Source: an uncultured Prevotellaceae bacterium (GTDB lineage Bacteria > Bacteroidota > Bacteroidia > Bacteroidales > UBA3663). From it: a stretch of DNA of 50,661 nucleotides. Position 1 is the stretch's first letter. The number at the start of each line of letters is the position of its first letter. This document shows, in pieces, positions 19,048 to 27,698 of this stretch. The position numbers and the translations under genes were made by a program. The notes under the pieces are model-generated. The model had not been told where the DNA came from. It worked only from the letters and a program-made list of their open reading frames with translations, and made no database searches. The stretch spans positions 1-50,661 of the forward strand of contig CAZBWT010000001.1 of the NCBI GenBank assembly GCA_964495625.1, written 5' to 3'.

Positions 19048-19604
19048 TGTTCATACGAAAAAAAGAAGAAAAGAATCAGAATTAGCAGCAGCTGAACAAA
19101 TGCTTGATAACATTGATTCTGTATTGCTTAATGGTGCGAAGCAGGTTTGGTGTTGTTTGAATCGCCGATGTGCGACTATTATGTTTGTTCTCGCGAAAAT
19201 TCTTTAAGAAACGTTCCCACTTAGGGCTTATTGTTCGTCATGGAGCCCTGTCGGGTATTCAACTATAGTGGGTGTTTTATGTCATTCGTTCGGTGCGGGG
19301 CGTACATATCATGGGTGGTGGTTGTGGGTCCTTCTTCACACAGCACTCACATTGAGGTTGCAGGTTGCTGCCGGGGCTTTGGATATTGTTGTGTAGTGTG
19401 GTGGTGGGGACCGGGTGTTATGCAGCCACATTTGTTATAGTGGGCACTCAGAATGGGCAAACGAGGGGATGGTAAGGCGATGTGGGAGGGGGTCTGCGGC
19501 ATCACAAATGCCAAATGGAGGCTGGTGGGTAATCAGAACGTTGGTGTCATTAGGTATTCGATAAAACAAGAAAGCGCTGCAAGACTTAAATCTTGCAGCG
19601 CTTT
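19048..19604 (+). ncRNA. Candidate non-coding (or small-ORF) transcript from the orphan plus-strand -7 box
   Basis: Bounded by the box at 19035-19042 and the hairpin at 19571-19604. G+T-skewed, with a nested hairpin at 19216-19272. Purely structural inference. Confidence 0.15.
19561..19604 (-). terminator. Terminator of the T9SS cargo gene (possibly bidirectional)
   Basis: 14-bp perfect stem aaagcgctgcaaga/tcttgcagcgcttt, loop cttaaa. The minus-strand reading is followed by cttgttttat. Confidence 0.8.
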
Positions 19605-19670
19605 GCTGTTGATGGGGGAGCCGGTGGGAATGCTTTGTTTCCCACAACGGCATGTGGGGCACGCAGCGCG

Positions 19671-21437
19671 TTACTTCACCACAACCTTTGTGTCGTTGAC
19701 GAGATAGACACCCTGGGGCAAGTCGATGTGGGTGGTACCTGCCTCTACGCTGCGGGCTGCGACTTTGGCACCAGCGGCATTGTAGATGTTCACGTCGAGG
19801 GGACGGGCGGCGTTGATGTTGACACCGCCGGTCACTGCGCTATAGGTGGTGGACTCTTTGGCGATGGACTGGTTGATGGAGGCGATGTCGTTCAAGCTGA
19901 AAGAGGCAATGACGGCTCCAAATTTGTTGTCAATGGGCGAAACAGTCTCTTCGCTGCCGGCGAACTTGAAGGTGTTGTTGCCACGTGCGCTCACAACGAC
20001 GTTGCCAGTGTTGCTGTCGAAGGCGCAGCCTGAGGCTGTGGTGGGAGTACCGCCGCCGGTGACGAGGAGGAGCTGCTCGGGTGACTCAAATTTGTCGTTG
20101 TCGGCATATTTGTCGATGAAGACTCCGAGCGTGGCGTTGAGGGCATAGCCGTAGGCATAGACTTCGTTGTTGTATTTGAAGAGGTCGAAGTAGCCGCTGA
20201 CGGTGGCTTTGTCGTTCACCTTGGCTGTCTGCGCAGCGGCAGACTTCCAGCTGCCGTCGGTGCCAGAGGCCTGAATGAGGTAGCGGTCGAGCGTGGTGGT
20301 CTCGGAGGTGATGGTGGCTGAGGCTGAGCCTGCCGGAGCGAAACCGCCCTTGACGAGTCCGAGCATGTAGATGTCGCCGTCAATGACGCGTAAGGCTTTG
20401 GTCTGGGTGGTGTGCTTGCTGTCGGTTGAGCCGAAGGGCTTCACATAGCTGAGGAACGAGACGCTGAGGTCTTCGCTGATGGCTCCATAGAAGAGTCCGT
20501 CGAGGTCGTTCTCTAAGGTGATGCTCTTGTCGCCAACGGTGAGCGTTGCGTCGGCTGCGCCCTGCACGTTGCCGTAGAAGTAGATCTTGCCATCGGCATA
20601 GGCGAGACCCGAAATCTGTTCGCGCGTCACTACACCTTCAGCTTTCACCTGCCCCACGAAGTTGCCTTCGCCGTCGAGTTTGACGAGGAATAAGCCGCCC
20701 GAAGTGGTATTGGAAGTGGCATTGCGCGGCTGCAGAATGTAGTGAGAATTCTTCTCGCCGGTGAAGACTATGGGGGCGCGGAAGTTGCCACCCACATAGA
20801 TGTTGCCCGAGGCATCGACCGTCAGACCGTAGGGGGTGACGGCATCAGTTGTGGCTTTGGTGGTGCCGGCAAAGGGAAGCTCGTCCATGGCGAACTCGCG
20901 ATACCACTCGATGGCTCCGTCGGCAGAGATCTTGAGGAGCACGGTGTTGTAGGTCCAGTTGAGGGTGGGGAAGTCGCTGAGTTCGGTTTCAGCACCGGTG
21001 GCATCGACCAAGACGGGCACAGCGTAGGAGGTGGCAGAGACCTGTGTGCCGCGCGGTTTGGTGAGCACCAGCACACCGCCGTCGGGAGTGGCTATGACGC
21101 TGCCCGAAGCGGCATCGAAGTAACCGTCTTTTGAGTAGACAGCCCAGAGCTTCTTGCCGTCGGTGTCATGCTTGATGATGATGAGGTTGCGACCTTCGCT
21201 CGACGAGGTAGCTCCGGTGGCAATCACTTCGCCGGCATAGCTCAATCCGTCGCCCGCTGCCTGCGAGGCGAAGTGGCTATAGGAGACGTATTTGTTGTCT
21301 GAGGTGAGGACGATGCCGCCAATCTGGTCGTTGGCATATTTGCTGTCGATGGCATAAGCCCAGTTGAGCACGGGGTTGCTCGCTTTGACAGACAAGAGGC
21401 TGCACAGTAGGGCAGCAGAGAGTAAAAGTTTTTTCAT
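19671..21437 (-). CDS. T9SS-sorted secreted protein with beta-propeller-like repeats
   Basis: Start moved from 21491 to ATG 21437 (MKKLLLSAALLCSLLSVKA), giving 588 aa. Recurrent hhhKhDxxGxxxW units (IIIKHDTDGKKLW, LLKISADGAIEW, FLVKLDGEGNF). C-terminus VNIYNAAGAKV...IDLPQGVYLVNDTKVVVK fits the T9SS type-A sorting domain. Confidence 0.75.
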   Translation of the reverse strand: MKKLLLSAALLCSLLSVKASNPVLNWAYAIDSKYANDQIGGIVLTSDNKYVSYSHFASQAAGDGLSYAGEVIATGATSSSEGRNLIIIKHDTDGKKLWAVYSKDGYFDAASGSVIATPDGGVLVLTKPRGTQVSATSYAVPVLVDATGAETELSDFPTLNWTYNTVLLKISADGAIEWYREFAMDELPFAGTTKATTDAVTPYGLTVDASGNIYVGGNFRAPIVFTGEKNSHYILQPRNATSNTTSGGLFLVKLDGEGNFVGQVKAEGVVTREQISGLAYADGKIYFYGNVQGAADATLTVGDKSITLENDLDGLFYGAISEDLSVSFLSYVKPFGSTDSKHTTQTKALRVIDGDIYMLGLVKGGFAPAGSASATITSETTTLDRYLIQASGTDGSWKSAAAQTAKVNDKATVSGYFDLFKYNNEVYAYGYALNATLGVFIDKYADNDKFESPEQLLLVTGGGTPTTASGCAFDSNTGNVVVSARGNNTFKFAGSEETVSPIDNKFGAVIASFSLNDIASINQSIAKESTTYSAVTGGVNINAARPLDVNIYNAAGAKVAARSVEAGTTHIDLPQGVYLVNDTKVVVK

Positions 21438-21628
21438 ATAGCTGTTTAGTTTAAATGTGTATCTTATTTTATAGTTGTGTGCCGCGTTCAATGCAATGTG
21501 CGGCGCGAAGTGTGCGCGCGATGTATTAATTTGCTGGCTCGTTATATTAATTCTTGATGCTTTACTTAATATGCAGAGGCATTGATGCAGTGCGCGTTCG
21601 TCGTGAAAATGTGCATTTTCCGACGGTG

Positions 21629-21636
21629 CAAAGTTA
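21629..21636 (-). promoter_or_regulatory. -7 box TAACTTTG (T9SS cargo gene)
   Basis: Plus strand reads caaagtta. It is the nearest such box upstream of ATG 21437, giving a ~185-nt leader. Confidence 0.5.
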
Positions 21637-21666
21637 CGGCACCGCAGCGCGGGGGTAAATACCTCA

Positions 21667-21702
21667 TTTGTGGTATTTTTAATGTTTTTTCGTGGTATTT
21701 TT
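21667..21702 (+). repeat. Direct repeat TT(T/C)GTGGTATTTTT x2 (22-bp period)
   Basis: Copies at 21667-21680 and 21689-21702, 13/14 identical, in the divergent control region. Confidence 0.9.
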
Positions 21703-21826
21703 CCGCTTAAAATGGGACGGATATAGGTTTAAGTGGGTACTAAGTGTTGGCAGAAGCAACATGAGCGAGCGTTTGCACACGCTGCAATACTCAATGTTGA
21801 TTATTGCATTATTAATGGCAAGTGCG

Positions 21827-21834
21827 TAACTTTG
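21827..21834 (+). promoter_or_regulatory. -7 box TAACTTTG (TonB-receptor operon)
   Basis: Exact TAnnTTTG. ATTG lies 20 nt upstream. 92 nt before ATG 21927. Confidence 0.6.
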
Positions 21835-21926
21835 CCGCAGATTTTTAATGACTTATCGCATCGTTAGGATTAAGGCGCTATGTCTGTGGTGCCAAGATTG
21901 AACAACGTGAAGAATATAACCGAGTA

Positions 21927-24701
21927 ATGCTAAATAAGAAATTGACATTCATGTGGCTGTCGCTGTGGGCAATGACGAGTGCTGTGGCGCAGGTGACCGT
22001 GCGCGGTGTGGTGAGCGATGCTGCCGACCGCGAGCCTTTGCGTTTCGCTACGGTGGGGGTGGAGCCTGCTGGGCTCTCGATGCTGACCACTGCCGAGGGT
22101 GACTTCACCTTTCGCGCCGACACGGGCTATTGCCGCATCACCATTTTATATATGGGCTATGAACCGCTCACCGAGGTGGTGCACCTGACGCGCGACGCTG
22201 TGATGCGCTTTGAGCTGCACCCCACGAGCGCTCAGCTGAGCGAGGTGGTGGTGACGGCACGTGAGAGCCGGGGCACGACCTCGGCTTCGCGCATCGACCG
22301 CGACGCTATGGAACATCTGCAGCCCTCCAGCTTCACTGACCTGTTGGAACTTGTGCCGGGCAATGTGTCGCAAGACCCCAATATGGGGGCGGTGAACACC
22401 ATTGCGCTGCGCGAGACGGGGACGCTCTCCGCCACCGGTGCGGCTACGACGAATGCCGACTACGCCATCTCGTCGTTAGGCACGCTGTTTGTGATGGACG
22501 GCATGAACCTCAACAACGACGCTGAGATGCAAAACATTCCCACCTCGGCAACCGATGGTCCCGACTATGCGCGCAATCTGACGAACCGAGGGGTGGATAT
22601 GCGAACCCTCTCGACCGACAATATTGAGAGCGTGGAGGTGGTGCGCGGCATCCCCTCAGCCGAGTATGGCAATCTCACCTCGGGCATGGTGAATATTAAG
22701 CGCATCAAGCGCGCCACACCCCTGCGCGTGCGTTTCAAGGCGGATGAGTATAGCAAGCTTTATGCCGCCGGCAAAGGGTTCGCCGTGGGGCATCATGTGG
22801 TGAATCTCGACCTCGGATATATGGACTCGAAGGTGGATCCGCGCAACAGTTTAGAGAATTATAAGCGCCTCAATGCCTCGGCGCGTGCGCGGCTCAATTT
22901 CTCGACCGACGCGCTCGATCTGCATTTTGCCCCGGGGGTGGACTTCACCGGGTCGTTTGACGACGCTAAGACCGACCCTGACCTCAATTACAATAAGATA
23001 GACACGTATAAGAGCAGCTACCGCAAGTATGCCTTCACCACGCAGTTTGATGCCGAGCTGAAGCATTCGACGTGGCTGAAGAGTGTGACGTTTAACGGCG
23101 GGTTGAATTATGAGGTGGATCGCCTGACGCGCCGCAAGCAGGTGGCTCCGAAGAGGGCTTCGGTGGCTCCCACGTCGATGGACGAGGGTGTGCACGACGG
23201 CGCTTATTTGCTGAGTGAATATGTGGCGGATTATGTGTGTGACGGTCGCCCCCTGAACCTCATGCTGAAGCTCAAAGCCGAGGGTCAGCATGGGTGGGGC
23301 GAGTGGTTGCACCAATATAAGGCGGGGGCGGAATACACCTACGCCAAGAACTTCGGCGACGGTCAGGTGTATGACCTGACACAGCCACTCTCGGCTTCGT
23401 GGACTACCCGCCCGCGTGCCTATAAAGACATTCCCGGCTTGGCGGTGCTGTCATGCTTTGCCGAAGACTTGTTGACCCGGCAGTTGGGCAGCTCGAAGCT
23501 CGAGGCGCAGTTGGGTGTGCGCACACAGCAGTTGCCTTCGCTGAGCCGGCTCTATTATTTGAGCGACAAGGTGTATGTGGATCCGCGTGCCAATGTGGTG
23601 TGGCATCTGCCTGCTATGGGCACCGGCGACGACGCTTTGCGGTTGCAGTTGGCGGCGGGCTACGGCTTGACCACCAAGATGCCCACGGTGGATTATCTCT
23701 ACCCCCAGGTGCATTATAACGACATCGTGCAGCTGAATTATTATGACACCAACCACCCCACCGAATTTAGTCGCGTGAGTCTGCGCACCTACATTGACGA
23801 GGCGGTGAACTACGACCTGCGCGCTGCCCGCAACCATAAGTGGGAGGTGCGCTTAGGGGCTGACTGGCGCGGCAATGCGCTGTCGGTGACCTATTTCGAC
23901 GAACGTATGTCGTCGGGCTACCGCTATTCGACGGTCTATGCCGCCTATGATTACCGCCGCTATGATGCCTCGGCAATCGACCCGCTGTCACTGACGGCAC
24001 AGCCCGAGTTGGACGTTCTGCCGTATGAGGATTTGCGCATCCTGGGCGGTTTCAGCCGCGTGACCAACGGCAGCCGCATCAACAAGCGCGGCGTGGAGTG
24101 GCAGCTGACCACCGCCCGCCTGCGTGCCCTGCGCACGTCGCTGACGGTGACGGGCGCGTGGTTCCACACCACCTACACCAACTCGCAGCAGCTGTATGCC
24201 ACGGTGAGCGACGTGGTGGGCAATCAGGCGGTGAGCGACCTCTACGTGGGGTTGTATGACACCAACGACGGACGGGTGAATGAGCAGTTGAACACTAATT
24301 TTATGTTTGACACGCAGGTGCCTCGGTGGGGTTTGATTTTCACCACTTCGGTGCAGTGTATGTGGTTTGTGAAGACTACCCGCCTGCAGCAGAACGGCAT
24401 CCCCGTGGCTTATCTCGCAGCTGCCGACGGCGAGCTGCACGATTTCGCCGCCGATGTTGCCGACAACCCGATGCTCGCCTATTTGGTGAAGACATATAAC
24501 GACGATGTGTATCGCACACAGAAGATTCCCACGGCGCTCTACGTGAACTTTAAGGGCACGAAGCAGGTGGGCAAGCACCTGAAGATTTCGGCGTTCGCCA
24601 ACCGCATCTTAGACTATCTGCCCAACTATAAGAGCAACGGCATCACCGTGCGCCGCACCGCCGACTCATATTTCGGCATGGAGTTGAATTTTACGTTGTA
24701 A
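21927..24701 (+). CDS. TonB-dependent outer-membrane receptor with N-terminal CarboxypepD_reg-like domain
   Basis: 924 aa. Signal peptide. VTVRGVVSDAADREPLRFATVGV (carboxypeptidase-regulatory-like). Plug-like IDRDAMEHLQPSSFTDLLELVPGNV. Long beta-rich barrel ending YFGMELNFTL. Confidence 0.85.
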   Translation: MLNKKLTFMWLSLWAMTSAVAQVTVRGVVSDAADREPLRFATVGVEPAGLSMLTTAEGDFTFRADTGYCRITILYMGYEPLTEVVHLTRDAVMRFELHPTSAQLSEVVVTARESRGTTSASRIDRDAMEHLQPSSFTDLLELVPGNVSQDPNMGAVNTIALRETGTLSATGAATTNADYAISSLGTLFVMDGMNLNNDAEMQNIPTSATDGPDYARNLTNRGVDMRTLSTDNIESVEVVRGIPSAEYGNLTSGMVNIKRIKRATPLRVRFKADEYSKLYAAGKGFAVGHHVVNLDLGYMDSKVDPRNSLENYKRLNASARARLNFSTDALDLHFAPGVDFTGSFDDAKTDPDLNYNKIDTYKSSYRKYAFTTQFDAELKHSTWLKSVTFNGGLNYEVDRLTRRKQVAPKRASVAPTSMDEGVHDGAYLLSEYVADYVCDGRPLNLMLKLKAEGQHGWGEWLHQYKAGAEYTYAKNFGDGQVYDLTQPLSASWTTRPRAYKDIPGLAVLSCFAEDLLTRQLGSSKLEAQLGVRTQQLPSLSRLYYLSDKVYVDPRANVVWHLPAMGTGDDALRLQLAAGYGLTTKMPTVDYLYPQVHYNDIVQLNYYDTNHPTEFSRVSLRTYIDEAVNYDLRAARNHKWEVRLGADWRGNALSVTYFDERMSSGYRYSTVYAAYDYRRYDASAIDPLSLTAQPELDVLPYEDLRILGGFSRVTNGSRINKRGVEWQLTTARLRALRTSLTVTGAWFHTTYTNSQQLYATVSDVVGNQAVSDLYVGLYDTNDGRVNEQLNTNFMFDTQVPRWGLIFTTSVQCMWFVKTTRLQQNGIPVAYLAAADGELHDFAADVADNPMLAYLVKTYNDDVYRTQKIPTALYVNFKGTKQVGKHLKISAFANRILDYLPNYKSNGITVRRTADSYFGMELNFTL

Positions 24702-24740
24702 TGTTTTCTCACAGAGCAACATAACTTATTACGAATCATC

Positions 24741-26033
24741 ATGACAATGAAATTGAACCATTACACATATTGGCTGCTTGCCGCCGTGTTGCCCTTGGCT
24801 GCGTGTGACGACTCGCTGACAGGATCGCTCACCACGGGCCGCGTGGAGGTGGCGCTGAACTTGCCCGCCGAGGTGCAAGAGGGTACCATCATCAGTGAGC
24901 AGTTCGACTTTAAAAACATATCGAACGGCAGAACCTACACCTTCACTTCGCGAGATGCTATAGACCTGGTGATTGGTCTCTATGATGTGGATTACACCGC
25001 CGAGGTGCAACTCGCCAATGGGGCAGTGTCACACACCCAGGCGCATGCCTACAGCGTGCAGGTGACGCAGTCGAGCGGTTGCCGCGTGACGCTCGATGCC
25101 TACAACAACATCGAGGCGGACGACCTGATTTTGGCTGAGGTGTTTTTTGCAGGAACGTTGCAGCCGTCCGGCAATCAATATATTGGCGACGACTATGTGA
25201 AGCTCTATAACAACACCGACCACGTGATTTATGCCGACGGTTTGACGTTCTTCGAGTCGAAGTTCTCCACCACCGATAAGTATGACTATACGCCCGACAT
25301 TATGAGCGAGGCTATGACGGTGCAGGCGCTCTACACCATACCCGGGTCGGGCACCGATCACCCCGTGCAGCCCGGCTGCTATTTGCTGCTTGCCGACACG
25401 GGCATCGACCACCGGGTGTCGAACCCCAATTCGTTCGACCTGTCGGGTGCCGACTTTGAGTGGTATGACGTTTCGTCAAACCCGAATGCGCTGGATATTG
25501 ACGGTCCCACCGTGCCGAATCTCGACAAGTGGTATTGCTACACGCAGACTTATTTCATGCTGCACAACCGTGGCTTTAAGGCTTATGGTTTGGCTCGCAT
25601 CCCGGTGGACCGCGCCACTTATTTGGCAGACTATTATTATAGCTATAATTATGAGATGATTACCGCTGCCGGCACATTCCCCATGAGTCAGAGTGCCTAC
25701 CGCCTGCCCAACGAGTGGATTGTGGATGTGGTGAATTGCAGTGTGGAGTCGGAGTATGCCTGGACGGTCTGCGCTCCGCAGCTCGATTGCGGGTGGACGT
25801 ATTGCGGTCATATCGACCGCGATAAGACCCGATATTTCCGCAGCGTGCGTCGCAAGATGCTTTACCTCAATGCCGACGGTAATCCGGTGTTGAAGGATAC
25901 AAATAATTCAGCCGCCGACTTTAATGCCGAGTGCATCCCCTCGGAGATTGAGTTGCAGGGCACTGCCGTGGATTTTAACGGCACGCTTTGCACCACACGG
26001 ACCTATGACGGCGTAACCCCCATGGAGCCATGA
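24741..26033 (+). CDS. Surface lipoprotein, DUF4876-like, with lamin-tail-domain-like segment
   Basis: 430 aa. Signal plus lipobox (LPLAA|C). ILAEVFFAG...DDYVKLYNNTDHVIYADGLTFFES resembles the LTD signature. Size and synteny (after a TonB receptor, before a barrel) match my memory of DUF4876. Not searched. Confidence 0.6.
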   Translation: MTMKLNHYTYWLLAAVLPLAACDDSLTGSLTTGRVEVALNLPAEVQEGTIISEQFDFKNISNGRTYTFTSRDAIDLVIGLYDVDYTAEVQLANGAVSHTQAHAYSVQVTQSSGCRVTLDAYNNIEADDLILAEVFFAGTLQPSGNQYIGDDYVKLYNNTDHVIYADGLTFFESKFSTTDKYDYTPDIMSEAMTVQALYTIPGSGTDHPVQPGCYLLLADTGIDHRVSNPNSFDLSGADFEWYDVSSNPNALDIDGPTVPNLDKWYCYTQTYFMLHNRGFKAYGLARIPVDRATYLADYYYSYNYEMITAAGTFPMSQSAYRLPNEWIVDVVNCSVESEYAWTVCAPQLDCGWTYCGHIDRDKTRYFRSVRRKMLYLNADGNPVLKDTNNSAADFNAECIPSEIELQGTAVDFNGTLCTTRTYDGVTPMEP

Positions 26034-27610
26034 ACAGACTGTTGTTTTGCGTCGGTGTGGGCGCTCTGATGGGGCAGGGGCTTGCGGGGGAAACGGTCTT
26101 CGCAGCGGATTTCGTCCCGACGGCTGATGCGCCGGTGAGTGCCGCCGACACCGCCACGGTGCTGGCGCGCGCCGCCTTGTGGCAGCGTGGCGCGAGGCTC
26201 CTCTTTGCCCCGAGTTATGACAACCCCGCCTTGCGGCAGTGGATGTTTGCGGCTTCATACAGCGAGCTGAGTTTGTCGTTTTGCTACGATCGGCAGAGCG
26301 AAGCCTACGACCCGCAGTTAGGCGACGGCAGCCGGGTGGCGGCGTTCGACGCTGATGCTTACATCAAGAGCGGCTCGATGACGGTGTGGGGCAGTGCTGC
26401 CTATCGCAACGGGCAGCAAGACAATGTGTTGTGCAACGAAACGAGTGATGCTGCGCTGGTTTACCCCTACTTCACCACCGACGAGGTGGGCGGCGACCTT
26501 GCCACCGAGCAATATGCTTTTGCCGGAGGCTTCGGCAACATGCGCGGCAACTGGGTCTGGGGCGGCACATTGGCATATGCCGCGGGTTTGTATTATCGCG
26601 ATGTGGATCCGCGTCCGCGCAATGTGACGGGCACCCTCGATGCGTCGTTAGGTGTGGCGCACCGTTTGTGGGGCGATTACTACGGCGGTGTGTCGGTGTC
26701 CGGCAGGAAGTATAAGCAGACCGACGATGTGGAGTTTGTGAGTGAGATGGGGTCGTCTATCCTTTATCATGCCACGGGCTTAGGCACGCATTACAGCCGC
26801 TTTGCCGGCACGGGCGACGCTGCTTATTATGACGGTTATCGCTATGGCGCTACGGTCAATCTTTATCCGCGTTCGGGGGCGGGGCTAATCGCCTCGGCGG
26901 GCTTCAGTCGCTTCACGTTCGACAAGGTGCTGACTGACCTGAACCACCTGCCGCTGTGCAGCGTGTGGCATAATGCCTTCACCGCTCAGCTCGGTTATGC
27001 GCACCACACCGACCTGCACACCGCTGCCCTCGCGCTCGATTATGACTTCTATCGCCGCCACGGCAAGGAGAATATTTTTGGCGATGCAACTACCTCGATT
27101 TACCCTAAGATCGGTTACCTCGAGATGTATGCCGACAATAGTTACGGTGGCACGCTGACCGCCCTCTATGAGTATCACGATGCGCGCCGACGGCTGCTCT
27201 CTATTCAACCGGCAGCAGGCTATAGTCACCGCCGTCAGGTCTATGCCGACCCGCGCCGAGAATGGTTGCTCAATGCGGTCAACGCTCGGGTGGATGTGCG
27301 TGGGGCTGTGGCTCCGGCTGCCCGATGGTTGTTGACGCTCGATGCCGGCTATGCCTACACCAAGCCGCTCAGCTCTTCGCAGCTCGTCATCACTGACGCT
27401 GTCGCCAACGAGGCTTCGCTCATAGCGGTGACGCAGCAAGCTTATGCCAATAGTGCTCACGACAGTCAGCAGTGCACGGCTACGCTGTCGGCATTGCGCA
27501 GCCTGACGGAGCGTTATGCCGTGCAACTGTCGCTCAGTGCGTCGTCGCTGCGTTATTATGGCGGCGAGCACGATGATAGACTCACGGCTGCGGTGAAGTT
27601 CGTATTCTAA
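26030..27610 (+). CDS. Outer-membrane beta-barrel protein, DUF6850-like
   Basis: 526 aa. Signal peptide. Alternating aromatic/Gly-rich strands. C-terminal ...AAVKFVF. ATGA start/stop overlap with the upstream gene (26030-26033). Confidence 0.6.
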   Translation: MNRLLFCVGVGALMGQGLAGETVFAADFVPTADAPVSAADTATVLARAALWQRGARLLFAPSYDNPALRQWMFAASYSELSLSFCYDRQSEAYDPQLGDGSRVAAFDADAYIKSGSMTVWGSAAYRNGQQDNVLCNETSDAALVYPYFTTDEVGGDLATEQYAFAGGFGNMRGNWVWGGTLAYAAGLYYRDVDPRPRNVTGTLDASLGVAHRLWGDYYGGVSVSGRKYKQTDDVEFVSEMGSSILYHATGLGTHYSRFAGTGDAAYYDGYRYGATVNLYPRSGAGLIASAGFSRFTFDKVLTDLNHLPLCSVWHNAFTAQLGYAHHTDLHTAALALDYDFYRRHGKENIFGDATTSIYPKIGYLEMYADNSYGGTLTALYEYHDARRRLLSIQPAAGYSHRRQVYADPRREWLLNAVNARVDVRGAVAPAARWLLTLDAGYAYTKPLSSSQLVITDAVANEASLIAVTQQAYANSAHDSQQCTATLSALRSLTERYAVQLSLSASSLRYYGGEHDDRLTAAVKFVF

Positions 27611-27698
27611 AACATTATCAAATAGCGAATTATATCTAACAACCGGCAGTGCCTCCTAACCGCGTGGTTGGCGGGCTCTGCCCCAAATAAATGCTTAT

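Noticed and set aside
19100-19207. 35-aa ORF (MLDNIDSVLLNGAKQVWCCLNRRCATIMFVLAKIL) about 60 nt downstream of the orphan plus-strand -7 box.
   Set aside because: It is too short to evaluate by eye, with no conservation or homology evidence available here. I mention it only as a possibility within the gene-free tract finding.
19231-19440. 69-aa Cys/Trp/Gly/Val-rich ORF (…GCCRGFGYCCVVWWWGPG…) that might be read as a bacteriocin or RiPP precursor.
   Set aside because: It has a TTG start. Its composition is exactly what translation of a G+T-skewed strand yields. There are no modification, transport or immunity genes nearby. I cannot support it as coding.
19455-19500. G-runs (gagggg, gggaggggg) as a possible G-quadruplex.
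   Set aside because: Only two closely spaced G3+ runs are present, with long loops to any others. This does not meet the canonical four-tract pattern.
21835-21926. Looked for a cobalamin or other riboswitch in the leader of the TonB-dependent receptor.
   Set aside because: The leader is only ~90 nt. It lacks a B12-box-like element or any extended conserved-looking structure that I can recognise.
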